Origin: Candidatus Latescibacterota bacterium
GTDB taxonomy: Bacteria > Latescibacterota > UBA2968 > UBA8231
Assembly (NCBI GenBank): GCA_965261395.1
Contig: OZ253462.1
Span: forward strand, 2,176,001 to 2,240,000
DNA length: 64,000 bases
Direction: 5' to 3'
Both the position numbers and the translations under genes were made by a program. Position 1 is the first letter of the stretch. Each line of letters begins with the position of its first letter. The notes beneath the pieces are model-generated. The model searched no databases. It was not told where the DNA came from and worked only from the letters and a program-made list of their open reading frames with translations. Shown piece after piece: positions 1 through 10,194 of this stretch.

Positions 1-1794
1 CGCCGGCTCTAGCCCGCGCACCGCAAAGTTGTACACGGTGGACGGCCCGCCCCGAAAAAACCACCCCACCAGATTGATCCCTCCGTGCCGGTACGCCATG
101 TGCAGCACCATCCAGCACGAGCCAGCCGCGCCAATCAAGATCGCCAGGCACACCCCCCACATCACCACCCGCCGACTCGGGCGCGTCATGTCCTCGACCA
201 GCTTTAGCCCGTTGGCCAACAGCGCCATCACAAAGATGCGGATGTCGGCACACCAGATATAAGCCAGCGACAAATTGAACACCCCGCTAGTGCCGATCAG
301 GTTGACGCCCAAGCCGTGTATCATCAGGTCCGGCGCGATCATCGGCGAGCGCACGGCCGCCAACCCAGCCTCGGCCACGATCCGGCTAATCCCAATAAAG
401 ATCAACAGCGCTAATCCAATAAACACCGCCGCCACCCATAATTGCACCCCCATCAGCCACAGCCACCCCACCATCGTCCCCACGCCAGCCAGCAAGGCGC
501 AGACCGCACCGCGATACGAGACGATCTCGTCGCTATCGTCGATGTCGCGCGCGCCCCACAACGCCTTGCGAAACACCCGCTTCAGGTGCTCGCGGCCCAT
601 CCATAGGCCGGCCAACACCAGCGCCAGCAACGCGCCGCCGCCCTGATAGGCCAGATAGGGCTGGGAGGCAATGCCATAGACGAACTGCTGCTTGGACGTC
701 AGGCCCAGCAGCAGCAGGACCTCGGACTCGGCCCGGACCAAGAGCTGGAAGATCCACAGACCAGCTGAGATGCTCGTGCTGATCAAATAAGAAAAGCCCA
801 CCATCGCGAAGATGACCCGCAGTTGCAAACGCTGGCCGAAATAGGGCATGCTCCAATTCAAGTTTACGTTGGGCATCGACGGCTCGTACTGGTGCAGGGC
901 CTCAAGCGACCCCCACAGCACGGGGATGGCGCAACCATACCACATGGCCCGGCTCTTAAAAAAGCGGTTGACCAAACCCCGGCCCTCGCCCTGCACCATG
1001 GCCGCTCCCACCTGCGCTACTGGGTACGCCAGCCGCTCGCGGTCCATCCACTGCCGCCGCAAGATCACGGCCGCGGCAACCATCGTCGCGTAGAGCGCAA
1101 TGAGAAACACCGCCCACCACAACAGCGGCTCGGCCCAAGCCCCATAGGGGATTTCCCCGCCCTCGAAGAAAGCGCGGTTGTCCTCGCCGTCGTCAACCAA
1201 GATCGCGTGCTCGGGCAAGAGTGGGCCGAGCTTTTCCTGCCACTGGTTTTGCGGCGTGCCGTAATAGGCAAAGGCCGCGAGAATGGGCAGCAACTGCTGG
1301 CTCATGCCCATCGTGCACAGGGCCGAGACCATCAAGAGCATGATGTACACCAAGACCAAGTCGGCGCGGTCGAGGGCCAGCGATCCGCCGTGCCAGACTA
1401 GGATCGCATTGAGCAGCACCGAGGCCACCAAAAAGGAGGCAAACCACAGGCCCGGCTTAAACAGGTCGATCTGCGGCTGGGGCAGGTAATACGCCAGATA
1501 AAGACCCAGCGCTACCGCTACCGCGCTCAGCGCCCAGACCCCGTTCCGCGCCACCACCTTGAACAGAACGTTGAGCAGGCCGATGAGCACGAGAAACAGA
1601 AAGATCGCGCCTGGAGTATTGAAATCCCACGCCATAAAGGTCGAGTGCATGGCCATGTTGGCGTATGGCGCACCAATGGCGAGAAAGAAGCTGAGAAAGA
1701 TGCCCGTCCAAAAGCCGCGCCAAGTCACGCCGACTGCGGCCCCCGAACGAGATTTAGGGGAGGTGGCAAAGGTGGAGGGAATGGACCGCTGCAA
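1..1794 (-). CDS. DUF6785-like polytopic membrane protein (putative peptide-transporter-like), runs off the left edge
   Basis: Not in the ORF track. Manual translation from TTG 1794: ...GVTWRGFWTGIFLSFFLAIGAPYANMAMHSTFMAWDFNTPGAIFL..., many hydrophobic segments; lies just downstream of the 1798 stop. Confidence 0.7.
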   Translation of the reverse strand, partial: MQRSIPSTFATSPKSRSGAAVGVTWRGFWTGIFLSFFLAIGAPYANMAMHSTFMAWDFNTPGAIFLFLVLIGLLNVLFKVVARNGVWALSAVAVALGLYLAYYLPQPQIDLFKPGLWFASFLVASVLLNAILVWHGGSLALDRADLVLVYIMLLMVSALCTMGMSQQLLPILAAFAYYGTPQNQWQEKLGPLLPEHAILVDDGEDNRAFFEGGEIPYGAWAEPLLWWAVFLIALYATMVAAAVILRRQWMDRERLAYPVAQVGAAMVQGEGRGLVNRFFKSRAMWYGCAIPVLWGSLEALHQYEPSMPNVNLNWSMPYFGQRLQLRVIFAMVGFSYLISTSISAGLWIFQLLVRAESEVLLLLGLTSKQQFVYGIASQPYLAYQGGGALLALVLAGLWMGREHLKRVFRKALWGARDIDDSDEIVSYRGAVCALLAGVGTMVGWLWLMGVQLWVAAVFIGLALLIFIGISRIVAEAGLAAVRSPMIAPDLMIHGLGVNLIGTSGVFNLSLAYIWCADIRIFVMALLANGLKLVEDMTRPSRRVVMWGVCLAILIGAAGSCWMVLHMAYRHGGINLVGWFFRGGPSTVYNFAVRGLEPA

Positions 1795-1797
1795 ACT

Positions 1798-3648
1798 TCA
1801 ATACTCCACGTGGATGTCGGCCAGCGCGGGCGTCTTGGCGACCAAGGAGCGGACGCGCCGCAAATGCCGCTGTCCGGCCCGGCTCAGCCCGGACTCGTCC
1901 CCCGCCAGCAAATCGCGCTGCTCCAGCGCGTCGGTCGCCAAGTCGAACAGCATGGAGCCGCGCCAGCTATAGTTGATGTACTTCCAATCATCGGCCACGA
2001 CCGCGTAGCCTTTGCGCGACCACTGCACGTGTTCGTCCGTGTTGACCACCACGATCAGGCGCTCGGGATCGAGCGGACGCAGGAGCGAGCGGCCGTCCAG
2101 TCGCTCCTGCCACGCAGCGACCAAGGAATCGGCAGACAGCCCGAGGAGATCCAGCGCGGTCGGCACCAAGTCCGTCAGCGCGACGCGCACCTGCGCGTTT
2201 TGACGCAACTGACCCCAACCCGCGCCCAGCCGCTGCCGGTGACGCTCGGGCACGACGGCAAAAAACGGGATGGCAATCGCCGTCTGGTAATACGAATCCG
2301 TGCGGTGGAGTTTGTGGACGCCGTCGAGGTCTTCGCCGTGGTCGGCCGCAAAGAGCACCATCGTATTCTCCGCTAGCCCCTGTGCGGCGAGGTGGTCGAA
2401 CAGCCGACCGAGCAGGTGGTCCATATAGGCCACCGCATTATCGTAGCTCGCGTCCGGCCACGGCTGCCAATCCGGCGGCGCGTAGCCCGGATAATGCGTG
2501 CAGTTGAATTGCAGAGCCACCACAAACGGGCCGCGTGCGGCAAAGCGGTCGATGGTTGCGAGGGTCTCCGCCATCATCCGGTGGTCGTCCATGCCTTCGG
2601 AGTTGACGATCTCGGCGTCCGAGCGCTCGAGCGTAAACACGTGGTCCAACGCGTCATCGACAAAAAAGCCTTCGAGATTATTCCAAGCGTAGCTCTGCGC
2701 CGAGATCAGCGCCGTCTGGTAGCCAGCGGCGTGGGCGTAGTGCCACAGCAGCGGGGAGGTGTGCTGCTCCACGGGCGGGCGCGACGGGAAAAGTCCGCTC
2801 AGCATGGCCGGTAGCGCCACCTTGGTCGCCGTGGCATTGGACACGGCCTTCTCCATCTGCACCCAATCGGCGGGCCGCGCCTTTTGCAACGCCGCCAGCC
2901 GAGGTGTGGTTTGCCGCTCGTACCCGTAGAGGCCGGTGCGGCTGAGCGCGACGCTTTCCCCGATCACCACGATCAGGTTGGGCGCGCGCTCATCCACAGG
3001 CGCGCCGCTGTAAATGGCAGCCGACGCCGGGCGGCTCGCTTGCAACAAACGCCCGTGTACCCCGCCGATGAACGAGTGGACGGCAAGGTCAACAGCCAGT
3101 TTCGCGGCCGCCGCGTCCGGCACCATGATGCTCGCGTGGCGATGCACCGCGCCAAAAGCCACCGCCCCAGCCAAGCACAGCGCGGCCAAAATTCTGCCGT
3201 GCGCTGGCTGGCGGCCCGAGCGCAGCTTGTAGCGCCACCAGCCCACGATAACGGCCACAAAGGCCACCCAGACCACCGCGTCCCCCCAATCGGCCTCATT
3301 GTAGATATACCCCCAAGCCTCGCGTGGATAGCCAGCCGAATGCACGAGCGCGTAGGCCGTCGGCCAGCAGTAGAATATCTCGTGGAAGCCAATCCATGCC
3401 AGGGCCAGCACGGAGGCTACCAAGCCGACGACGATGACGAACGTAGCTTGCCAGCGCGGGCGCAACCGACTGCTGAGCGCGAAAAGGCCCTGCCACAGCA
3501 CCAGCGAGAACGCCACCGACAGCCCCCACCACACCCACTGCGTCAAGCGCAAGTCGAGCGTCGGCCGCAGCCACAAATCGACGGCCACTCCCAACAAGGT
3601 GATGGGAAGCAAGGGCAACATTTGCTTGCGCACGGCGGGATCGTCCAT
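1798..3648 (-). CDS. Membrane-anchored sulfatase-fold phosphoethanolamine/phosphoglycerol transferase (EptA/LtaS-like)
   Basis: N-terminal TM helices; VVIGES...LYGYERQTTP; SNATAT candidate catalytic Thr; YDNAV; ADHGE. Confidence 0.8.
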   Translation of the reverse strand: MDDPAVRKQMLPLLPITLLGVAVDLWLRPTLDLRLTQWVWWGLSVAFSLVLWQGLFALSSRLRPRWQATFVIVVGLVASVLALAWIGFHEIFYCWPTAYALVHSAGYPREAWGYIYNEADWGDAVVWVAFVAVIVGWWRYKLRSGRQPAHGRILAALCLAGAVAFGAVHRHASIMVPDAAAAKLAVDLAVHSFIGGVHGRLLQASRPASAAIYSGAPVDERAPNLIVVIGESVALSRTGLYGYERQTTPRLAALQKARPADWVQMEKAVSNATATKVALPAMLSGLFPSRPPVEQHTSPLLWHYAHAAGYQTALISAQSYAWNNLEGFFVDDALDHVFTLERSDAEIVNSEGMDDHRMMAETLATIDRFAARGPFVVALQFNCTHYPGYAPPDWQPWPDASYDNAVAYMDHLLGRLFDHLAAQGLAENTMVLFAADHGEDLDGVHKLHRTDSYYQTAIAIPFFAVVPERHRQRLGAGWGQLRQNAQVRVALTDLVPTALDLLGLSADSLVAAWQERLDGRSLLRPLDPERLIVVVNTDEHVQWSRKGYAVVADDWKYINYSWRGSMLFDLATDALEQRDLLAGDESGLSRAGQRHLRRVRSLVAKTPALADIHVEY

Positions 3649-3692
3649 CAGAACCTATAGAATGGCCGCTCATGGCCGCTGCACTGCATGGC

Positions 3693-4604
3693 CTACGCGC
3701 CCAAGACACCTAGGCGCTGCAACTCCTGTTTGATGGCCTCGCGCCCCGCTGGCGGCACGTTGATCCGAGGCGGGCGCACCGCACCGCCAGCCAGCCCCAT
3801 CAGCTCCATCGTCGCCTTGAGCATGCCGGCGTCATCAAAGCGCGAACGCAACCGCTCCAAGGGGGCCAACTGCTCCTGTAACTCGATCATCTGCGGCCAA
3901 TCCTGCCGTTGCGCAGCGGCAAAAAGCGCCAGCTCTAGCTGCGGGGCGAAGTTGACAAAACCAGCGGTAAAGCCCTCGATCCCGGCCTGGAAGCGGAAGT
4001 GCAACACGCCCGGGTCGTGGCGCTTGTTGCCAATCCAGACGAAGCGGTCGCCGAGCCGCTTGATGGCGCGGAAGAGGTGGTGCGGCTCAAAGCAGGGGTC
4101 CTTGATCGCGGCGATCTGCGGCACTGCGGCCAGCCGCTCGAAAAGTTCGGCCGACCAGCCCTGCGTATTGTAGGGCATCAGCGCCAGCCCCGACCGCGTC
4201 CCCAATGCCTCGTAGTATTGAAACACCCCTGCGGGATCTTCGGGCACTTGGTGGCGCGTGTAGGGTGCCATCGCCAGCGCGACGCGCAATCCCAACGCCT
4301 CGTAGCGCGGTGCTAGATCCGCGGCCTCACCCAAGTTGCCGGGCAAGGTCGGCACTACCAGCGCCCGCTCGCCCACCGTCGCTAGGGCGCACTCGGCCAG
4401 TGCCACGCGCTCGGGCGGGGCCAACGCGTCGTTTTCACCGGTGCCGCCGGCTATCACAAAAATCCGCACCCCCCTGTCGGCAGCCCACGCTATATTGCGC
4501 GCAAACCCGTCCAAGTCGAGTGCGTAGAGATCATCGCGCTGATAAATAGTCAGCGCATAGGCGTGGACATCTCTTAGCTGGTCGCGCAAGGCATGGTCGA
4601 TCAT
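3693..4604 (-). CDS. Dihydrodipicolinate synthase/N-acetylneuraminate lyase family aldolase
   Basis: GGTGE, MPYN, AIKD Schiff-base Lys, C-terminal GGAVRPP. Confidence 0.85.
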   Translation of the reverse strand: MIDHALRDQLRDVHAYALTIYQRDDLYALDLDGFARNIAWAADRGVRIFVIAGGTGENDALAPPERVALAECALATVGERALVVPTLPGNLGEAADLAPRYEALGLRVALAMAPYTRHQVPEDPAGVFQYYEALGTRSGLALMPYNTQGWSAELFERLAAVPQIAAIKDPCFEPHHLFRAIKRLGDRFVWIGNKRHDPGVLHFRFQAGIEGFTAGFVNFAPQLELALFAAAQRQDWPQMIELQEQLAPLERLRSRFDDAGMLKATMELMGLAGGAVRPPRINVPPAGREAIKQELQRLGVLGA

Positions 4605-4627
4605 CGCGTTCTCCTGCGTCGTAGTGA

Positions 4628-5743
4628 TTAGTGCGCCACCGAGCCATCGGCGTGAAAATTGCCCTTAATCGCCCAGCGCTCGTACGGGTATTTCGCCAGC
4701 GCATCCTCGACTATTTCAACCCCAATCCCCGGCCGATCTGTCAGTATTCGATAGCCGCCCTCAACCCGTAACTGCTCATCGACGATCTCGGTCATCGGCC
4801 CGTTGAGGGCATTGTGTTCGGTGTGCGTGTAGTTGGGAATGGCCGCGGCTAGCTGCGCGAACGCCGCGTTGTTGATGGGGCTGCCCATCAGATGGGGGAA
4901 AACCCCGACGAAAGCCATCTCCGCCAGCGCGGCAATTTTCTTCACCTGCGTGAATCCGCCCGCCAAGGATACGTCCGGCCGAATCAGGCTGACGATCTGG
5001 CGGTCGATCAAATCCTTAAACTGGAAGGGGTTGTAGCACCGCTCGCCGGTGGCGATTGGGATGTTGATGTGCCGGGCGATGTACTCGAGGGCCTCGAAGC
5101 TCTGTGGCGGCAGCGGGTCCTCGTAGTACAGTATCTTAAAGGGCGTCAATTCCGTGGCTAGTGCAATCGCCTCCTCCGGCCGCAAATTCCGGTGGATCTC
5201 CAACCCCAAATCCATCTCGTCCCCAAGCGCCTCCCGCGCCGCGGCCACCAGTTCCACAGCCGTCGAGATGTTGGCCGTGCTGGTGCGTTGCTCAAACCCG
5301 CTAACAAACGGCCCCATCCGAAACGACGTAAACCCCTGCTCCACTCGCGCCTGCGCGCTCTCCCGCACTTCCGCAGGCGTCTGCCCGCCGATGTTTTCGT
5401 ACACTTTTACCTTGTCGCGGCACTTGCCGCCCAACAACTGATACACGGGCAAACCCACCGCCTTGCCGAATATATCCCACAGCGCAATGTCTATCGCACT
5501 CATCGCCGCACTCATCGCCGCACCCATAAAGTGCGCCGACCGCGACACCACCTGATAGTGATGCTCAATGCGGAGCGGATCCTTGCCCACGTAGTAATCA
5601 CTCAACTCCCCCAGCGCCTCTTTTACCACCCCGTGATGTGCCCACAGCCCAGCCTCCCCATTGCCGACGATCCCCTCATCGGTATAGACCCGCACCAACA
5701 AAAACCTGCCCACTAAAAACGTCCGAATCTCTGTGATTTTCAT
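4628..5743 (-). CDS. Mandelate racemase/enolase-superfamily acid-sugar dehydratase (galactonate dehydratase-like)
   Basis: MKITEI start, AIDIALWDI.GK, YEDP, ATGER, PGIGVE. Confidence 0.85.
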   Translation of the reverse strand: MKITEIRTFLVGRFLLVRVYTDEGIVGNGEAGLWAHHGVVKEALGELSDYYVGKDPLRIEHHYQVVSRSAHFMGAAMSAAMSAIDIALWDIFGKAVGLPVYQLLGGKCRDKVKVYENIGGQTPAEVRESAQARVEQGFTSFRMGPFVSGFEQRTSTANISTAVELVAAAREALGDEMDLGLEIHRNLRPEEAIALATELTPFKILYYEDPLPPQSFEALEYIARHINIPIATGERCYNPFQFKDLIDRQIVSLIRPDVSLAGGFTQVKKIAALAEMAFVGVFPHLMGSPINNAAFAQLAAAIPNYTHTEHNALNGPMTEIVDEQLRVEGGYRILTDRPGIGVEIVEDALAKYPYERWAIKGNFHADGSVAH

Positions 5744-5760
5744 CTTTCTTTCCTTTCTTC

Positions 5761-6510
5761 CTAGTACAAACTCATCAATCCTTCTGCGCCTTTGATCTGC
5801 TTCTTTTCAAAGCTCGGACTAAGCCACCGCGCGCGCGACTCCTGCCCCGGATTGCGATACGCATACACCACGCACCACCGCGTGTCGCTGTCTTCCTTGC
5901 GCGGATTGACTCCATGCGCCGCATGAGTCCACATCAACACCACCGTCCCTTTCGACACCGAAAGCTCCCCGATGCTGAGCGGTTGGCCGCTAACCGGATG
6001 TACCTTCCCCGTCATCCACCCCTGCGCCAACTCCGCATCCGATTCCGCTCTAATACCCGGATCCCGATACAAATGGCTCCCCGGCACCACCTTCAACCCA
6101 CCGTCGTCGGCTGCAAAGCCATTGACGTAAAAAAACACCCGCACAAAACCCAGCGCCGGATCGTCGTCCGAGTACTCGTGGCTGTGCCACTTGCTCCCCT
6201 GATTGCCTCCGTCGCGATTCAACGACACGCAGTGATCGTAGCGAATCTCTGCCCCTAGGATTCGGCGCACCAAGTCCAGCAGTTGCGGATGCCCAATCAG
6301 GCTCTCCAAATAGGCGTCGAATTCAGCGGCAAAGCGCGGGGGGAGATATTCCTCGTCATCGCGTGGCAGCGACTGGATGCGCGCCAACGCTGCGGTCAAC
6401 TGGGTACAAGCCGTATCGGTCAGGATGCCCGGCAGTGCGATGTGCCCGTCGCGGTCGAGGATTGCCCGTTCGTCGTCACCAAACACAAAGGGGCGAAACA
6501 GCGCTTCCAT
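5761..6510 (-). CDS. PhyH-family Fe(II)/2-oxoglutarate dioxygenase
   Basis: DGHIALPGIL, WHSH, GGLKVVPGSH, HAAHG...R. Confidence 0.85.
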   Translation of the reverse strand: MEALFRPFVFGDDERAILDRDGHIALPGILTDTACTQLTAALARIQSLPRDDEEYLPPRFAAEFDAYLESLIGHPQLLDLVRRILGAEIRYDHCVSLNRDGGNQGSKWHSHEYSDDDPALGFVRVFFYVNGFAADDGGLKVVPGSHLYRDPGIRAESDAELAQGWMTGKVHPVSGQPLSIGELSVSKGTVVLMWTHAAHGVNPRKEDSDTRWCVVYAYRNPGQESRARWLSPSFEKKQIKGAEGLMSLY

Positions 6511-6559
6511 ACCTCAAATCTCCAGTCGAATTGCATTTCCAGACGAAGGCGTGCTCCGG

Positions 6560-7315
6560 TTATGCTTGCACCTCTTCGAAAAGCGAGGCCCGCGCGTGGA
6601 AATACGGCGGCTCAAAAAGCAGTGCCTGCCGCTCGGTCAAGGCGACGCCGTCCGGCGGTTCGATGTGGCTTTTGGACCACGACTGCTGCCCTGGGCTGTA
6701 TTTGAACAGCAGCGAGCGCCGCTGGTGTGCTGCTTGCCACGGCGCTGTGCCGTGCGTGAGGGCCTCGGTAAAAATCACCACCGACCCGGCCTTTGCCTCC
6801 GGCACCACCACGCACCCAGCCTCGATATGGGCCTCGCGGATTTCCTGCGGACAGGGATAATTGACCTTGTGGCTGCCCGGAATGCAGCAAAAACCACCCT
6901 GCGCCGGCCCCGTGTCGGCCAAGTTCCAAGAAACGACCGTCAGCCCGTTGTACATCCGTCCATTGAGGAAGTGATAGTACTCCGGCGGGTCGTAGGGCGT
7001 GTTGCCGCCGTGCAACCCGAGCCGCTCGGCCCCAGCCTCCAAGTAAATCGCATAGTAGTGGTCGAGCCGGAAGCCATCGCCGAGAATCACTTTGAGCAGC
7101 GGCATAATGCGCTCGTGGTCGAGCAAATCGACAAAGGGCTGGCCCCACGTCAAAAACCCGCCGCTGTGCAGCCGCCCCCGCGCCTGCTCTATATTCTCGC
7201 CCATCTCTTGGGCGTCAATCAGCCGATTCAACTCGGCAATAGCTTCCGCATCCAACACGTCCTCGACGATCAGATAGCCCTGGAGATCAAACAGATATTG
7301 CTCTACTTCGGTCAT
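6560..7315 (-). CDS. PhyH-family Fe(II)/2OG enzyme, H-x-G variant
   Basis: FDLQGYLIVEDVL, LHGG, GGFCCIPGSH, ALTHG, RRSLLFKY. Confidence 0.85.
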   Translation of the reverse strand: MTEVEQYLFDLQGYLIVEDVLDAEAIAELNRLIDAQEMGENIEQARGRLHSGGFLTWGQPFVDLLDHERIMPLLKVILGDGFRLDHYYAIYLEAGAERLGLHGGNTPYDPPEYYHFLNGRMYNGLTVVSWNLADTGPAQGGFCCIPGSHKVNYPCPQEIREAHIEAGCVVVPEAKAGSVVIFTEALTHGTAPWQAAHQRRSLLFKYSPGQQSWSKSHIEPPDGVALTERQALLFEPPYFHARASLFEEVQA

Positions 7316-7385
7316 GTTTTATGGCTCCTATTTGGGTGGACAGGTTCGGGCACTTTGTCTATGCTCTCCGCTGGAGGAATGCACT

Positions 7386-8171
7386 ATGCTACTGACGACC
7401 GACGAAATGCGCTTCTTCAAGCGCAACGGCTACCTCATCAAGCGAGGCGTGCTCGACCCCGCGCTCATGGAGCGCGCCCGCGCCCGGCTGTGGGACGGTG
7501 CCCCTCCGGGCCGCACTCGCCAAGACCCCGACACTTGGGTTGGCCCCTTCCGCGAAGACGAAGAAAACCTCGACGGAGCCAACCACCGCCGAGGCTTCCG
7601 CTGGAACTTCCGCGAGCCGGGCGACGAGGAGTGGATGGTGCGCCTGCTCGCTACCGACCCCAAGGTGTGGGCCATGGCCGAACAAATGCTCGGCAAAGGC
7701 CAGCTCGTCCAGCCCGAGCGCATCCGCGGCATCTACTGCACCTTGCCCTACGGCGACCACCCGCCCCAAACCCTAGGCTGCCACACCGACGGCCATCCCT
7801 TCCACCTCGGCGCGGTCGGCTACATCGACGACGTGCCACCCAACGGCGGCAGCTTCATGGTCTGGCCCGAAAGCCATCGCGCCTTCTACCCGACCTTCAC
7901 CTCGCAGTACCTCCGCGACCAAAACGAAGCTGCCTACGAAAAAGTGCGCACCGCATTCAACCAGCGCACCCCCGTCGATACCCACGGCCAAGCCGGCGAC
8001 ATCGTCTTCTGGCACCACCGCCTCGGCCACATGGCTAGCCCGAACACCTCGCGCCAATTGCGCCAAGCCGTGCTCTACGATTTTCTCAAGCAGGATATCG
8101 AACAAACCCAACAGGAGCCGCCGCAAAAGGACATGTGGCGCGACTGGTCGGACGAGATGCGCGCCATCTAG
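7386..8171 (+). CDS. PhyH-family Fe(II)/2OG dioxygenase
   Basis: GGAGG RBS before ATG 7386; FFKRNGYL, HTD, VWPESH, WHHRLGH, R. Confidence 0.85.
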   Translation: MLLTTDEMRFFKRNGYLIKRGVLDPALMERARARLWDGAPPGRTRQDPDTWVGPFREDEENLDGANHRRGFRWNFREPGDEEWMVRLLATDPKVWAMAEQMLGKGQLVQPERIRGIYCTLPYGDHPPQTLGCHTDGHPFHLGAVGYIDDVPPNGGSFMVWPESHRAFYPTFTSQYLRDQNEAAYEKVRTAFNQRTPVDTHGQAGDIVFWHHRLGHMASPNTSRQLRQAVLYDFLKQDIEQTQQEPPQKDMWRDWSDEMRAI

Positions 8172-9055
8172 CCGGCAAACGCATCCGAGGGTACGCCGCG
8201 CACCCCGAGATTGACTCGTACCAGCGACCCAGCCAAAGGCTGAGCCTGCCGCGCCTCGTCATCCAAACCCCGGCAAGCCGAAGTGATGTAGAGCTGGTCC
8301 AAGCCCGCCCCGCCAAAGGCGCAGGACGTCACATTGGACATGGGCAGTTCCAAGTGGCGCAGCAACTCCCCAGAGCGAGGGTCGTAACACAGGACGCACC
8401 ACCCTCCGAACACGGCGATCCACAAGGCGTCTGCCTCGTCGATGGCCATGCCGTCTAACACCCCCGGCCCCCCGTATTCCACCACCACGCGCTCGTTGCT
8501 GATGGCCCCGCTGTCGCGGCAGTAGTCGTATGCACGCACATTGTTCAAGCCAGAGTCAATGAAGTACATGGTCTGCTGGTCGGCGCTCCAGACGATGCCG
8601 TTGGATATGCTGACCGGCGCGACCTTCTGGCTCACCGAGTGATCTACGTCGAGACAGTAGAGCGCACCTTGGTCCCGGGCACCCCCAAACTCCATCGTCC
8701 CTGCCCACAACCGCCCAGCCGGGTCGCACTTGCCGTCGTTGAATCGGTTGGCCGGGAGGTCGCGCTCCGGGTCCTCGCCGAGAGGCACCATGCGCTCCGT
8801 CCGCAAGTCGATGTGGGCAAAGCCGTTGTGCAAAGCCACGACGAGGCCGCCGCTCTGCCGCTTGACCACCGTGCCCACAGCTTGGCACGTGGGAATGGTG
8901 CGGTTGATTCCGCTCACCGGATCGTACACATAGACCTCGTGACCGAGAATATCGACCCAGTACAACAACTCGTCATCCGCGTCCCACACGGCCCCTTCGC
9001 CGATGAGCGCATCCTTTTCCACGACTAGGTCGGGTGCTATCTTTTCTCTGTTCAT
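8168..9055 (-). CDS. SMP-30/gluconolactonase/LRE family protein
   Basis: GEGAVWD, RFNDGKCDPAGR, SNGIVWS, DGMAID, CAFGG. Confidence 0.92.
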   Translation of the reverse strand: MNREKIAPDLVVEKDALIGEGAVWDADDELLYWVDILGHEVYVYDPVSGINRTIPTCQAVGTVVKRQSGGLVVALHNGFAHIDLRTERMVPLGEDPERDLPANRFNDGKCDPAGRLWAGTMEFGGARDQGALYCLDVDHSVSQKVAPVSISNGIVWSADQQTMYFIDSGLNNVRAYDYCRDSGAISNERVVVEYGGPGVLDGMAIDEADALWIAVFGGWCVLCYDPRSGELLRHLELPMSNVTSCAFGGAGLDQLYITSACRGLDDEARQAQPLAGSLVRVNLGVRGVPSDAFAG

Positions 9056-9133
9056 TTCGGATTTCCTCCTTTTGGGGCAACACTAGGTTGCCTGCCTTCC
9101 TCTGTCAAACGCGCCGCTCAGGAGCACAACGCC

Positions 9134-10129
9134 ATGACCGCTTTCACCTATCAAGACTTCGACCGCCAGCTCTGGGATCAAGAACTCGAAGACTTCGTCC
9201 CCACCACGGTTTACGACATGCACACGCACCTGTGGTCTGAGGACCACCGAGGCTCCTTGACGGGCGCGCCTACCGGCCTGCGCGAGGAGATCGACTACCG
9301 CGATCACCTCGACTGGGCGGCTAAACTCTACCCAGGCCGCGCCTTCCACATGCTGGCCTTGGGCACCCCGATACCGGGCATGGATGCCGCAGGGCACAAC
9401 GCCTGGATGGCGGCCCAGCTTGCCGCCGACCCCGAATCCGCGATCAACATGATGGTCACCCCGGATATGACGCCCGAATACGTGGCGGCCCAAGTCGATG
9501 AATATGGATTCCTCGGGCTCAAACCCTACCGCACCTTTGCCCCAGACCCAGCCGGTGCCCGCATCTGCGACTTCCTCCCGGAATCCCTCATCGAACTCGC
9601 CCACCACAAGAAGCTGGCCATCACCATGCACCTCGCCAAACCCACCGGCCCAGCCGACCCAGAAAACCAACGCGACTTAACGCGCTACACCCGCGAATAC
9701 CCCAACGCGCAGTGGATTTTGGCCCACTGCGCCCGCTCGTTCAATTCCTTTATGATGGAAGAGGCCGTCCACTTCCTGTGCGATCTGCCCAATATATGGT
9801 ACGACACCTCAGCGGTGAACGACCTGTATTCTCACTATTTGCTGATGAAACACGAGGACCGCAAGCGGGTGATGTTCGGGTCGGACAACGTGGTCGCTGG
9901 CTGTGCGCGCGGCAAGTACATCACCTATGGTCGCGCCTGGCTGTTCTATCCTGGGGACGATTCCGGCACGCCGCACTGCGACTCGCGGGCCACGCTCGTC
10001 ATCTACGAACAACTGCGCCAAGAGCGGCAAGTGGCCGAGATGCTGCAACTAACGCCCGCGGAAATCGAAGATCACTTTGCCGGGAATGCGCAGCGGTTTT
10101 TGGCGATGATGCGCGGACAGACTGCGTAG
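9134..10129 (+). CDS. Amidohydrolase family (Amidohydro_2) protein
   Basis: DMHTH, LAHCAR, YDTS, MFGSD. Confidence 0.85.
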   Translation: MTAFTYQDFDRQLWDQELEDFVPTTVYDMHTHLWSEDHRGSLTGAPTGLREEIDYRDHLDWAAKLYPGRAFHMLALGTPIPGMDAAGHNAWMAAQLAADPESAINMMVTPDMTPEYVAAQVDEYGFLGLKPYRTFAPDPAGARICDFLPESLIELAHHKKLAITMHLAKPTGPADPENQRDLTRYTREYPNAQWILAHCARSFNSFMMEEAVHFLCDLPNIWYDTSAVNDLYSHYLLMKHEDRKRVMFGSDNVVAGCARGKYITYGRAWLFYPGDDSGTPHCDSRATLVIYEQLRQERQVAEMLQLTPAEIEDHFAGNAQRFLAMMRGQTA

Positions 10130-10136
10130 CGTTCGT
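10055..10136 (+). repeat. 82-bp direct repeat, copy 1 (3' end of the amidohydrolase gene plus 7 bp)
   Basis: Matches 12469-12550 at 76/82 positions by manual alignment. Confidence 0.95.
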
Positions 10137-10194
10137 CAATGTGCTTCTTGAAGCACAGGTGCTTATACTTTAGATATCCATCTGGAGACCGGGA

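Noticed and set aside
5501-5524. 12-bp tandem repeat CATCGCCGCAC(T/C)
   Set aside because: Simply encodes the AAMSAAMSA helix of the dehydratase.
6377-8038. 553-aa plus-strand ORF
   Set aside because: Antisense and out-of-frame shadow of PhyH genes; Arg/Pro-rich with no motifs.
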